A stretch of 33,349 bases of DNA from Anaerolineae bacterium CG2_30_64_16 (GTDB lineage Bacteria > Chloroflexota > Anaerolineae > CG2-30-64-16). Position 1 is the first letter of the stretch. Each line of letters starts with the position of its first letter. Below are positions 9,404 through 18,933 of the stretch, piece by piece. Where the stretch lies: NCBI GenBank assembly GCA_001871755.1, contig MNXL01000393.1, positions 1 to 33,349 of the forward strand. Reading direction: 5' to 3'. A model generated the notes under the pieces. The model did no database searches, was not told the DNA's origin, and saw only the letters and a list, made by a program, of their open reading frames with translations. The translations under genes and the position numbers were made by a program.

Positions 9404-11053
9404 ATGACAAAATATGCTGGCCCACGGCTGCTGGTAATCGGGTTGGATGGGGCAACCATGCGCTTATTGGTACCCTGGATGAAAGCAGGAAAACTTCCCG
9501 CTTTAGCGCGTCTGGCGTCCACAGGAGCGAGTGGCCCGTTACGTTCCACTATTCGCCCTGAGAGTTCGGTTGCCTGGAGTAGTTTTGCGACGGGTGTCAA
9601 TGCTGGTCAACACGGCATCTTTGGTTTTGCAGGATTTGTACAAGGCACTTATCGCACGCGTCTAATGACGGCTTCTGACCTTCGGGCAACAACATTCTGG
9701 GAACATGCAGCTGCTCAGGGTATACGTGTTGGTGTTTTCAATGTTCCCTTGGTGAGCTACCCCCCAAGACCTTTGCCAGAAGGCAGCTTCAGCGTGGGGG
9801 GGCTGATTACGCCCAATTTGGACAGCAACTTCACTTGGCCGTCAGATCTAAAAGCCAATGTATTGGCCAATGTATCAAACTACCGGTTGGATGTAGATGA
9901 GGCCGGGTTGCGAGACGAAGAGATGATCTCCGAGTTGGCCGAGTTGACACAACAACATCTAGCAGCCGCCCGCTACCTGATACGGAGCCGCTTACCGGAA
10001 CTGTTCGTAGTTGTTTTCATGGCAACTGACCGTATCCAGCATCATTTGTGGCGGCACTTAGATTCGAAGCACCCCCGCTACGACCCAATCCGCTCGCTGC
10101 AGTTAGCCTCGCGCATTCTGGAACTATACTGCCAATTGGATACTGCCGTAGGTGAGTTGATGGCATTGGCTGCCCCGGACGCTCTCACCGTCGTGCTCTC
10201 TGATCATGGCTTCAATGGTTGCTATCGGGCGTTGTCGGTAAATGCCTGGTTGGCGAGTAAAGGTTGGTTAGTGCCAAAGGTAGGAGCCGGGACACGCGGA
10301 AGTGTGGCTCATGGGTTGCGTTGGCTGCGGCAAGTGCCGAATGTACGCCGTTTGAAACAGGTACTGCCGGGCCTGCGCAAGGTGTCCATGGTAGACGCCT
10401 GGCGGCCCGATCCGACGGCCTGGATCGATTGGGGGCAAACCCAAGCCTTCTTTAGCGATGTCGGTGGCATCCGTATCAACTTGCGCGGGCGTGAGCCGCA
10501 GGGCATTGTAGCACCAAAGCAGTATGACGGGTTGCGTGAGCAACTGGTCAATGATCTGTTGACGCTGAGAGACCCGCAAACTGGCGCTGCTCCTATCACA
10601 GCCGTCTATCAACGAGAAGAGCTTTATAGCGGTCCTTATGTTCCAATGGCTCCTGATTTGATTGTCGAGCCACGGAGAGATGCCAACGATCCGCGTAATA
10701 ACTATATGCTGGCTTATGGCGCGTCGCCGACAGGAGCACTATTCTCTGAACCGGCTGGCTTGAACGGCAATCATGATCTGGACGGCATCTTGCTCGCTGC
10801 TGGCCCAGGAGTTGAGCCCGGCCCAATCACGGAAGCCCATCTATGGGACTTGGCCCCGACTTTGTGCCAGGCTCTTGGCATACCGCTTCCCCCCGCCCTG
10901 GACGGGCGGGTGATCCCGCAATTGGTTACAAAGAAGGCCGTGAATTATGGCCCCACGATGATTAAAACCAGCGAAGCCAAGGCAGATGGTCTCAGCACCA
11001 AGGATGAAGCCACTGTTGCTGACCGCCTTCGGGCCCTGGGTTACTTGAGTTAA
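9404..11053 (+). CDS. Alkaline phosphatase superfamily protein, paralog 2
   Basis: VIGLDG, STIRPESSVAWSSFATG, DRIQH, SDHGF, GNHDLDG and C-terminal DRLRALGYL. Start is ATG 9404 or GTG 9401. Confidence 0.88.
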   Translation: MTKYAGPRLLVIGLDGATMRLLVPWMKAGKLPALARLASTGASGPLRSTIRPESSVAWSSFATGVNAGQHGIFGFAGFVQGTYRTRLMTASDLRATTFWEHAAAQGIRVGVFNVPLVSYPPRPLPEGSFSVGGLITPNLDSNFTWPSDLKANVLANVSNYRLDVDEAGLRDEEMISELAELTQQHLAAARYLIRSRLPELFVVVFMATDRIQHHLWRHLDSKHPRYDPIRSLQLASRILELYCQLDTAVGELMALAAPDALTVVLSDHGFNGCYRALSVNAWLASKGWLVPKVGAGTRGSVAHGLRWLRQVPNVRRLKQVLPGLRKVSMVDAWRPDPTAWIDWGQTQAFFSDVGGIRINLRGREPQGIVAPKQYDGLREQLVNDLLTLRDPQTGAAPITAVYQREELYSGPYVPMAPDLIVEPRRDANDPRNNYMLAYGASPTGALFSEPAGLNGNHDLDGILLAAGPGVEPGPITEAHLWDLAPTLCQALGIPLPPALDGRVIPQLVTKKAVNYGPTMIKTSEAKADGLSTKDEATVADRLRALGYLS

Positions 11054-11058
11054 GGCCC

Positions 11059-12519
11059 ATGGGTATTTTGGCACGCGTAGTACGCAACTTCCTGGCCCTT
11101 ACCACATCGTTGGTCCTTGAACGGGCTATCAGCTTTGTCTTGTTTTTGTTCATCGCCCGCCAACTGGATGCTGACGTCCTGGGTGAATATGCGCTGGCTT
11201 TCTCGTTTCTAGCTATCTTTGAAACCCTCTCAGTGTTTGGCCAGAATTTACTGATCGTGCGAGAGGTGGCCCGAGACCGTTACAATGCTGGGCAGTACCT
11301 AATCCAGTCCAGCATTCTTGTGCTGATGTCCTCGGCGATTTGGGCTGTCACCATGCCTCAAATTGCGCGAGGATTGGGCTATCCCGCTCAGACCGTGTAT
11401 TACGTCGGACTGATGGCCTTGGTATTGGTCCCGGATTCGCTGGCGGTTGTGCCAGAATCAGTGATTCAGGGCTGGGAGAGAATGGAATTTATCACGGCCT
11501 TTCGGTTTCTAACTCACCTGGTTGGGACCACCCTTTCGGTTTTTTTGTTATTGAAGGGACAAGGCTTGGCCGCTGTACTGTATGTACTGGTTGGGCAGCG
11601 AGCAATTCTGGCGGCACTTTACTCGTGGTTGGTATGGCATCGGATACATCCGTCTCTCCGCTTTGACAGAGTTTTTTTCTGCTCTTTGGTCAGCTTATCT
11701 TTGCCGTTTTTAGGGATGAATGCCCTTTCTGCCGTTTATAAAAACGTGGATGTATGGATCTTGCGAGGCATGACAAATGCTGCTGAGGTAGGCTACTACT
11801 CAGCTGCCGATCGACCGATTCAGATGGTAGGTTTGCTGATGCCAATTCTGATGGTGGCTATCTACCCGAGCCTGGCCGAAACATATCGGATTGCTCCTGA
11901 CCGGTTTGAGCGCATGTTGCGAGCCGGTTTGTATGGTTTGGCTGTGACTGTCCCGTTCATTGCGATGCTATTTACCGTGGCCGCGCCAAGCTTCGTAGCA
12001 TTCGCCTACGGTGAAGGCTATGCGGCGACAACGTTGCCTCTACAAATCCTGGCCTGGTCGCTTGTGCCCACCTCCATCGCCGCACTGCTTTTCCGAGCAT
12101 TACTGGCCAGCAACAACGAGCGTGTCTCACTGCGGGTGGCGTTCGTCAATATGGCCGTTAACGTCAGCCTTAACCTGACCCTGATCCCGCGCTGGGGGGC
12201 AGTGGGGGCCAGCGCTGTGGCGCTGTTGACTTCCCTGGTGGGGCTGGCGCAGAATTACTGGTTTGTGGAGCGGCATTTAGTCCGACTGAAAGCCGGGCGC
12301 TTGTTTGTCCGTCCGGCGTTGGGAATGATGTTGGCGGGAGGACTATTTTTGCTTCTTCCTGGGAGCTGGCCCCTATATGTGCGTGGGAGTGTAGCTACGC
12401 TGAGCTACTTAGCTTTTCTGGTAGCTAGCGGGGCTTTGTCTCGCAGAGAGGTAGCATTATTGCAAGCTGCCCTGCGTGATTTGCGGCATGGTGCGATGCC
12501 CTTGCCGGATCGGTCTTGA
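11059..12519 (+). CDS. Wzx-type flippase (MOP/PST family)
   Basis: About 14 TM segments; RVVRN, LGEYALA, IVREVAR, VGYYSAA and LIPRWGAVGAS motifs. Confidence 0.9.
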   Translation: MGILARVVRNFLALTTSLVLERAISFVLFLFIARQLDADVLGEYALAFSFLAIFETLSVFGQNLLIVREVARDRYNAGQYLIQSSILVLMSSAIWAVTMPQIARGLGYPAQTVYYVGLMALVLVPDSLAVVPESVIQGWERMEFITAFRFLTHLVGTTLSVFLLLKGQGLAAVLYVLVGQRAILAALYSWLVWHRIHPSLRFDRVFFCSLVSLSLPFLGMNALSAVYKNVDVWILRGMTNAAEVGYYSAADRPIQMVGLLMPILMVAIYPSLAETYRIAPDRFERMLRAGLYGLAVTVPFIAMLFTVAAPSFVAFAYGEGYAATTLPLQILAWSLVPTSIAALLFRALLASNNERVSLRVAFVNMAVNVSLNLTLIPRWGAVGASAVALLTSLVGLAQNYWFVERHLVRLKAGRLFVRPALGMMLAGGLFLLLPGSWPLYVRGSVATLSYLAFLVASGALSRREVALLQAALRDLRHGAMPLPDRS

Positions 12520-12522
12520 GCC

Positions 12523-13746
12523 ATGCGTCTGGTAAATGTATGTCCCGTGTCACCCTGCCCGCCCGTTTCGGGTGGGCAGGTTCGGTCGTACCACTTGCTT
12601 GACCGGCTGCGCCGTCGGCACGAGTTGAGTTTGCTCTGCTTCTACCGCTCAGCCGAAGAGCAAGAATCGCTGCGCTGGCTGGCAACGCAAGGCTGGGATG
12701 TGCGGGCGGTGCCGTTTGCTCGTTTGCATCCGGCCTGGCCAGCCACTTGGGGGGTGTTGGGACGGCATCTACGGGCTCTCCTGGGGCGTGAGCCGGCTGG
12801 GGTGACCCACTGGAATCAACCGGCCATGCGGGTTGCCGTGGCTGAAGTTGCAGCCAGGGCCGATGTGGTCCATACAGAGTGTAGCTACCTGGCACCATAT
12901 TTGTTGAATCTGACAGGCAGTGCAACCAGGATCACCACCGCACTGGACCTTTACTCGGTAACACTGCGACGGCAATTGAATGTTGCCACTGACTGGCGTT
13001 TGCGCTGGCGTCTGCGACGTGAGTTACCACGGTTTACTCGCTATGAAGCCTGGATCGCCGGGCAAGTTGACAATGTGTTAGTAATGTCAGAAGTAGATGC
13101 GGCGTTGCTGCGTCGTATGAATCCGGCCGGCCACGTGGTTGTGGTCCCTAACGGCGTGGACACACAAGTACTGCGGTTTGAACACGTAACCAGGATAGGC
13201 CGACACGTGCTATTTGTAGGATCGCCGGGACACGCGCCCAACCTGGATGCGGCCAACTGGGTGTTAACGGGGATTTGGCCTCAACTGCGCCGGCGTTGCC
13301 CGGAAGCAACATTGACGTTGGTCAATATGGATGTTCCTTTGGTGCGCACGTTGGCTGATGGGCAGCCAGGGGTCGACGTGACCGGCCAAGTGCCGGACGT
13401 TGTGCCTTACTATCGGCGGGCTGATCTTTGCTTGGTACCGCTGCGGGCCGGTTCTGGCACGCGGCTGAAGATTTTGGAGGCGATGGCGCTCGGCGTACCG
13501 GTGTTGAGTACAACTGTTGGTGTGGAAGGGTTGAGCGTTGAGCCAGGGCATCATATTGCGTTGGCCGACACTACAAAAGCGTTTACCGATGAAACCATAG
13601 CTCTTTTGAAGAACGGTGCACGGCGACACGCACTTGCAGTAGCTGCCCGTGCCCTCGTTGAAGAAGTCTATGAGTGGGATCATATAGCGGATAAACTAGA
13701 GGCTGTGTTCTATGAAGCGGTGACTCGCCACGCCGCGCTTTACTAA
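12523..13746 (+). CDS. GT4 family glycosyltransferase
   Basis: PPVSGGQVR, VVPNGVD, LFVGS..H.PN.DA, PLRAGSGTRLKILEAMALG. Confidence 0.9.
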   Translation: MRLVNVCPVSPCPPVSGGQVRSYHLLDRLRRRHELSLLCFYRSAEEQESLRWLATQGWDVRAVPFARLHPAWPATWGVLGRHLRALLGREPAGVTHWNQPAMRVAVAEVAARADVVHTECSYLAPYLLNLTGSATRITTALDLYSVTLRRQLNVATDWRLRWRLRRELPRFTRYEAWIAGQVDNVLVMSEVDAALLRRMNPAGHVVVVPNGVDTQVLRFEHVTRIGRHVLFVGSPGHAPNLDAANWVLTGIWPQLRRRCPEATLTLVNMDVPLVRTLADGQPGVDVTGQVPDVVPYYRRADLCLVPLRAGSGTRLKILEAMALGVPVLSTTVGVEGLSVEPGHHIALADTTKAFTDETIALLKNGARRHALAVAARALVEEVYEWDHIADKLEAVFYEAVTRHAALY

Positions 13747-13761
13747 TTCGGGAGATCGAGT

Positions 13762-14772
13762 TTGGAGCACACCATCGCAGACGCTTCCCGGCCAACAGTG
13801 TCTGTGGTTATCGTCAATTGGAACACCCGCCAGTTCCTGGGACCATGCCTGGATTCTATCCTGGCAGCCCAGGATAAAGTGTCGCTGGAAATTCGGGTGG
13901 TTGACAACGCGTCACAGGATGGCAGTGTGGCCATGCTGCGAGACCGCTATCCACAGATCAAAGTAATTGCCAATGACGAGAATCGTGGTTTTGCCGCAGC
14001 CAATAACCAGGCCCTGGCTCAAGCGCGCGGTAAGTATACACTCTTGCTAAACCCTGATACCGAGGTTCCTGGCGGTACATTGGAACACATGGTGCGCTTT
14101 CTGGACGACCATCCACAGGTGGGAATCGTTGGGCCGCGTTTGCAGGTATTGAGCGGCAAAATCCAGGGGGGGGCAGCGGGCTACGAGCCGTCGCTCTGGA
14201 CGGTGTTCAACTATAGCTTCTTCCTGTACAAGCTGGCCCCGCGCCTGTTCCGAGGCATGTGGCTGGCGCAGCGGCAATACCTGGCCGGCGCGCCAATCCG
14301 CGTGGACTGGGTGTCGGGCGCGGCGCTGATGGTGCGACTGGCAGCGGCCCGAGAGGTGGGCCAGCTCGACGAGGCGTACTTCATGTACGCCGAAGACGTG
14401 GATTTCTGCCGCCGGCTGCGCGAACGGGGCTGGACCATCTATTGCCTGCCCGACGTGCAGATCATCCACCACATTGGCCGCAGCACGCGGCAGCGCGGGC
14501 CGGGCTTCTTCGCCATCAACGTCCACAGCCTCGACCACTACTACCGTTCGCACTACGCGCCTGGCGTCGTGCGCCTGCTGCACCTGTTTGGCGCGGGCGG
14601 CTTCCTGTTGCGTATCTTGGGATACGAGGCGCTCTATCTGCTCCGCCGCAAGGCCGTCTATGCGGAATTGCGGGACCAATGGCGGTCATGCCTGGCGACC
14701 AGCCTGCGGCGCTTGCTCGGCTTGACGCAGTTGGGAGTGGACAAGACGTTATCGGATGAGGCGCCACGATGA
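13762..14772 (+). CDS. GT2 family glycosyltransferase (WbbL/rhamnosyltransferase-like)
   Basis: SVVIVNWN, VVDNASQDGS, NRGFAAANN, LLLNPDT, DWVSGA, YFMYAEDVD. GGGAG precedes the TTG start. Confidence 0.9.
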   Translation: MEHTIADASRPTVSVVIVNWNTRQFLGPCLDSILAAQDKVSLEIRVVDNASQDGSVAMLRDRYPQIKVIANDENRGFAAANNQALAQARGKYTLLLNPDTEVPGGTLEHMVRFLDDHPQVGIVGPRLQVLSGKIQGGAAGYEPSLWTVFNYSFFLYKLAPRLFRGMWLAQRQYLAGAPIRVDWVSGAALMVRLAAAREVGQLDEAYFMYAEDVDFCRRLRERGWTIYCLPDVQIIHHIGRSTRQRGPGFFAINVHSLDHYYRSHYAPGVVRLLHLFGAGGFLLRILGYEALYLLRRKAVYAELRDQWRSCLATSLRRLLGLTQLGVDKTLSDEAPR

Positions 14773-16214
14773 GTACTGCGCAGCGCGTGGCGCGCAACAC
14801 CGCGTCACTGGCAGCCGTCCAGGGCTTCCGCATCGTGGCCGCGCTGGCGATCACCCTATACATCGCCCGCTTCGGCGCGGCCTGGCTGGGCAAGTACGCG
14901 CTGCTGCTGGCCTACCTGAACATCTTTCAGATTCTGGCCGATTTTGGACTGCCGCGCCTGGTCACGCGGGAGGTGGCCCGGGCGCCGGCCGCGGGCAACC
15001 GCTATTTTTGGAATGCGCTGGCGGCCCAGTTGACCCTGTCCGCCGCCTCCATGTTGTTGATGCTGGCCGCAGTCGCGCTGATCGGCTATCCGGCCGATAC
15101 GACCAGGATGTTACAGGTGGCCACCCTGGCCATCCCGCCCTACGCGCTGGCCTCAGTGGCCGGTGCGCTGCTCCAGGCCCACGAACGCATGGCCGCGTTG
15201 GCGCTGGCGGAGGGGGTAAGCACCCTTTGGCAGTTGGTGGGGAGCATCTGGCTGCTCTCGGCCGGGTACGGCGTGGTCGCGCTGGCGTGGGTGCGCGTGG
15301 TGGGCGTACTGCTCAGCGGGCTGGTCAATCTGATCAGTATGCGCCGCGTGACACATCCCGGCCGGCCGGCCGTCTCGCCCCATTTCGCGCTGGCGCTGGC
15401 GCACGGCTCGTTGGACCTGTTCATCCTGGCCGCCTTCGGCGCGATCCTGTTCCGGCTGGATGTCCTGGTGCTGACCGAGGTCGCTGGCGAGGCAGCCACA
15501 GGGGTCTACAACGCCGCCTACCAGTTGGCGAAGGTGGTGGCATTGCTGTCGTTGGCCTACGCCGACGCGATCTTCCCGACGCTGTCCCGTCTCTATGCTG
15601 CCGGGGAAACTGCGGAGCAAACCGGCAACGGACAGGCAGATTGGGTGTTGCGCAAGTCGTTCGCCTGGAGCGCCGCGGTGCTTTTGCCGCTGGCGGTGGG
15701 CGCGACCATCCTGCCGGCGCCGGTGATCGGGCTTTTGTATCCGCAGGCAGAATTCGCCGCAGCCGTGACGGTGTTGCCCTGGCTGGGCTGGATGTTGCTG
15801 CCGTACTTCGCTTATGTGATACTCAACCGGGCGTTGGTGGCCGCCAACTTACAACGCGTGGCGCGCGACACCACCGTGATCATGGTCCTGGTGGGGGTCG
15901 GGCTGCAATATGGGCTGGCCCGCTGGCAAGGTGTGACCGGCACGGCCATCGCCACGACTCTGACCTTCCTGTTGGGTGCGGCCCTCAACGCGTTTTTCGT
16001 GCGGCGAGCGTTGGGCACGTTGCACCTGGGGCGGGCTTTCGGGCGAGCGTTGCCCGCGGCGCTGGGACTGAGCGCCGTGCTGGCCCTGCTGCGCGCCTGG
16101 CCGCTGTGGGTCAGCCTGCCGGCCGGCGCGCTAAGTTACGCGGGGCTGGCATTTATGACGCGCGCCTTCACCCGCGAGGATCTGGCGCTGGTGCGAAAGA
16201 TGATCGGCAGGTAG
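14769..16214 (+). CDS. Second Wzx-type flippase
   Basis: RVARN, DFGLPRLVTREVAR, TGVYNAA; about 14 TM; ATGA overlap with the upstream gene. Confidence 0.9.
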   Translation: MSTAQRVARNTASLAAVQGFRIVAALAITLYIARFGAAWLGKYALLLAYLNIFQILADFGLPRLVTREVARAPAAGNRYFWNALAAQLTLSAASMLLMLAAVALIGYPADTTRMLQVATLAIPPYALASVAGALLQAHERMAALALAEGVSTLWQLVGSIWLLSAGYGVVALAWVRVVGVLLSGLVNLISMRRVTHPGRPAVSPHFALALAHGSLDLFILAAFGAILFRLDVLVLTEVAGEAATGVYNAAYQLAKVVALLSLAYADAIFPTLSRLYAAGETAEQTGNGQADWVLRKSFAWSAAVLLPLAVGATILPAPVIGLLYPQAEFAAAVTVLPWLGWMLLPYFAYVILNRALVAANLQRVARDTTVIMVLVGVGLQYGLARWQGVTGTAIATTLTFLLGAALNAFFVRRALGTLHLGRAFGRALPAALGLSAVLALLRAWPLWVSLPAGALSYAGLAFMTRAFTREDLALVRKMIGR

Positions 16215-16257
16215 GGGCAGCTGAAAATGCCCCCCTGCCCCCCAATCCTGGGGGGAG
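16211..16257. repeat. Intergenic REP-like hairpins
   Basis: GTAG-GGGCA..TGCCCC followed by the CCCCCCAATCCTGGGGGG hairpin. Confidence 0.55.
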
Positions 16258-16271
16258 ATGCTATCAGATCT

Positions 16272-17117
16272 ATGATCAAACCAGAATCGATCGACAGCTT
16301 GCAAGCTTTCTACGACGCGGATGCGGCCGGCTACTTCACCCACCGCTGGGACCGCAACATCGTCACCCGCGCGGACTTCGCGGCGACCCGCGACATCTTG
16401 CTGGAAACACTCCGTCCCCAACCCGAACAGCGGTTGCTGGAAATCGGCTGCGGGCCAGGCAGTTGGACCGGGCTGACCAGCGCGCGCTGTGTCGCGGTGA
16501 CGGCGTTGGACCTCAGCGCGGAGATGCTGGCGGAAGCCCGCCGGCGGGTGACCGCGGCCAACGTGACGTTTGTCCGGGCTGATTTCGCGACCTGGGAACC
16601 GGCCGCGGACACGCGCTTCGACGGCGCCTACAGTGTACGGGTCTTCGAGCACCTGCCGGACAAGACCGCCGCGTTGCGCCGCCTGCGTTCACTGCTGCTG
16701 CCCGGCGGCCGGGTGGTCATCATCACCAAGACCGCGCCCTCCATTTGGAACGGCCGGGTGCGAATGATGCAGGCCTTGCGCCGCCTGATGGGCCGGCCCG
16801 ATCCGGGCCGCGCCGGAGGCAAAATCGAGAATTTCTGGATGCAACGGGCCACGCCGTGGCAGTTGGCGAAAATGCTGCGCCAGTCAGGCTTCGTGAACGT
16901 CGGCGTTGCGCCGGTCATCTTCCGGCCGCCAGTCTTCCGCGGCGGTGAGAGCGAGTACCCGCTGATCGGCGAACGGCTGGCCGCGCCTTTGTTGCGCTGG
17001 CATGGCCGGCTGGCAGTGGCTACGCTGCGCTGGCCGGCCTGGTTGCGGCTGGTCGCCACGCTGGGGTCCGAATCCTATGTGGCCTGGGGAATGGTCCCCG
17101 GAGGAGGGCCGCAGTGA
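16272..17117 (+). CDS. Class I SAM-dependent methyltransferase
   Basis: LLEIGCGPG motif I, ALDLSAEML, FD..YS..VFEH, LLPGG. ATG 16272 is preferred because the upstream ATG lies in a repeat. Confidence 0.85.
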   Translation: MIKPESIDSLQAFYDADAAGYFTHRWDRNIVTRADFAATRDILLETLRPQPEQRLLEIGCGPGSWTGLTSARCVAVTALDLSAEMLAEARRRVTAANVTFVRADFATWEPAADTRFDGAYSVRVFEHLPDKTAALRRLRSLLLPGGRVVIITKTAPSIWNGRVRMMQALRRLMGRPDPGRAGGKIENFWMQRATPWQLAKMLRQSGFVNVGVAPVIFRPPVFRGGESEYPLIGERLAAPLLRWHGRLAVATLRWPAWLRLVATLGSESYVAWGMVPGGGPQ

Positions 17118-18205
17118 GCCGGGTGGCGTTCGTCGGCTACTCCTACGGCGTGGACCCGCGGCTGATCGGCGGGCATCAGAGCATCCTGCGCCGGCTGGCG
17201 CGCTATCTGACCGGCCGCGGCCACGCCGTCGATTTCCTGGTGTTCGGCGAACCCGCGGCCCCGCCGCAGCGGCTGGCCGCGGACACCACGCTGTACACGT
17301 TCCCGACCTTCGCCACAGCCGCTCAGCGACTTCAGCACGAACGGTATGCCTATGTGCAACTCTCCTACCTGCCGCTCGCCACTTATCCGGCCGCGATGCG
17401 CTACCTGGCCAGCCAGCGCAACCGGTCGGATCGGCCGCGCCTCGGCTACCTGTACGTCGTCTGGCCGGACAAAGTCGTGATGCGTCTGGCGCGCATCCTG
17501 CTGTTCAAGTTGTTCTACGATCGGGTCATCGCGGTCTCGCCCCGGCTGCAACGCCAACTGAACCGCTACCGGGTGTCTTCTTTCACGCTCCTGCCACCGG
17601 TGCCGGACGACTTCTTCGAGCCGGTCGCGCGGGGCGATAGGCCACCGCGGGTGGCCTACATGGGCCGGGTGGACGACGACAAGGGCGTACAACATATCCT
17701 GGCCCTGCTGCGCGGCTTGAAAGCCGCTCACCCCGACCTGGCAGCCGAGATCTCCGGGTACTATTATCCGCACTCGGCCGCGTCGCTGGCCCTGCACCGG
17801 GAACTCCAGGCCCAGGACGTGATTCACTACTCGGGAGGGTCGTACCACGACTATGACCCGGCCATGGAGCAACGCGTGCTGAACCAGTTGCGCCACACGG
17901 ATCTCCTGCTCCTGCCCTACGAGCGGCTGTCCGGCATCACCGTGGATGTGCCACTCCTATTACTGGAGGCGATGGCCACTGGCTGCACGGTGCTCACCAC
18001 CCAGGTGGCCGATTTGCCCGAGATCGTGGCCCAACCTGCGCTCACGGTGCCGCACCCGGCGGCGATGCAGGCCGCGGCCGAGGCTTTGATCGCGCAACGC
18101 GGCTGGGGAGCGACAGGGGAGAGGTTGCAGGCGCGGGCTCAGGAGCTGGGCGTGGCGCTCTCCGTGGCCGGGCCGCGCTATGAACGTGAGGTGGGGTTGG
18201 CATGA
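17114..18205 (+). CDS. GT4-like glycosyltransferase (divergent)
   Basis: YMGRVDDDKG and PLLLLEAMATG; GTGA/ATGA overlaps at both ends. Confidence 0.8.
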   Translation: MSRVAFVGYSYGVDPRLIGGHQSILRRLARYLTGRGHAVDFLVFGEPAAPPQRLAADTTLYTFPTFATAAQRLQHERYAYVQLSYLPLATYPAAMRYLASQRNRSDRPRLGYLYVVWPDKVVMRLARILLFKLFYDRVIAVSPRLQRQLNRYRVSSFTLLPPVPDDFFEPVARGDRPPRVAYMGRVDDDKGVQHILALLRGLKAAHPDLAAEISGYYYPHSAASLALHRELQAQDVIHYSGGSYHDYDPAMEQRVLNQLRHTDLLLLPYERLSGITVDVPLLLLEAMATGCTVLTTQVADLPEIVAQPALTVPHPAAMQAAAEALIAQRGWGATGERLQARAQELGVALSVAGPRYEREVGLA

Positions 18206-18933
18206 GCGCGTTACACGAGAGCATCGAGCGATTGATCCAAAAACTAAAACACGACCCCGGCTACCGCGTGGACCCGGTCCTCTCGACCGGAGATTTGATC
18301 GAGTTGCTGTGGGCGCGCGGGGTGGCGCTGTGGCGCGGGTTGTGGTTACGCTGCCGGGTGGGCAGCGCCGATGGGCTGCTGTTCGTGGCGCGGGGCGTCC
18401 GGGTGCGTCACACCGGCCATCTGCACCTGGGTCGCAATGTCACCCTGGAGGAGCACGTCCAGATCGACGCGCTGAGCCGCGATGGCGTGCGGCTGGGCGA
18501 CAACGTCAATGTGGGCCGCTTCACCGTGATCGAGGCCACCGGCGTCATCACCAGGCTGGGGGTGGGTTTCAGCATCGGCGCCAACTCGAATCTGGGCGAC
18601 TTCTGTTTCGTGGGCGCGGCCGGCGGCGTGCGCATCGGGGAGAACGTGCTGATCGGGCAACGGGTCAGTTTTCACAGCGAGAACCATGTGGCGACGCGGG
18701 TGGACATCCCCATGAAGGCGCAGGGCGTCACCAATCAGGGGGTCGTCGTGGAGGACGATTGCTGGCTCGGTTCGGGCGCGATCTTGTTGGACGGGGTAAC
18801 GGTCGGCAGGGGGAGCATCGTGGCCGCCGGCAGCGTCGTGACCAGGGATGTGGCGCCGTATAGCGTGGTGGGTGGCGTACCGGCGCATTTGCTCCGCAAC
18901 CGCCTGCCCCAAAGTGAAGTGCAAGATGCCTGA
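18202..18933 (+). CDS. Hexapeptide-repeat (LbH) sugar O-acyltransferase
   Basis: GGVRIGENVLIG, SENH, VEDDCWLG, GVTVGRGSIVAAGSVVTRDV, VGGVPA. Confidence 0.9.
   Translation: MSALHESIERLIQKLKHDPGYRVDPVLSTGDLIELLWARGVALWRGLWLRCRVGSADGLLFVARGVRVRHTGHLHLGRNVTLEEHVQIDALSRDGVRLGDNVNVGRFTVIEATGVITRLGVGFSIGANSNLGDFCFVGAAGGVRIGENVLIGQRVSFHSENHVATRVDIPMKAQGVTNQGVVVEDDCWLGSGAILLDGVTVGRGSIVAAGSVVTRDVAPYSVVGGVPAHLLRNRLPQSEVQDA

Noticed and set aside
14756-16582. 608-aa alternative + frame ORF
   Set aside because: Arg/Gly-rich shadow frame over a clear flippase; expected at high GC.
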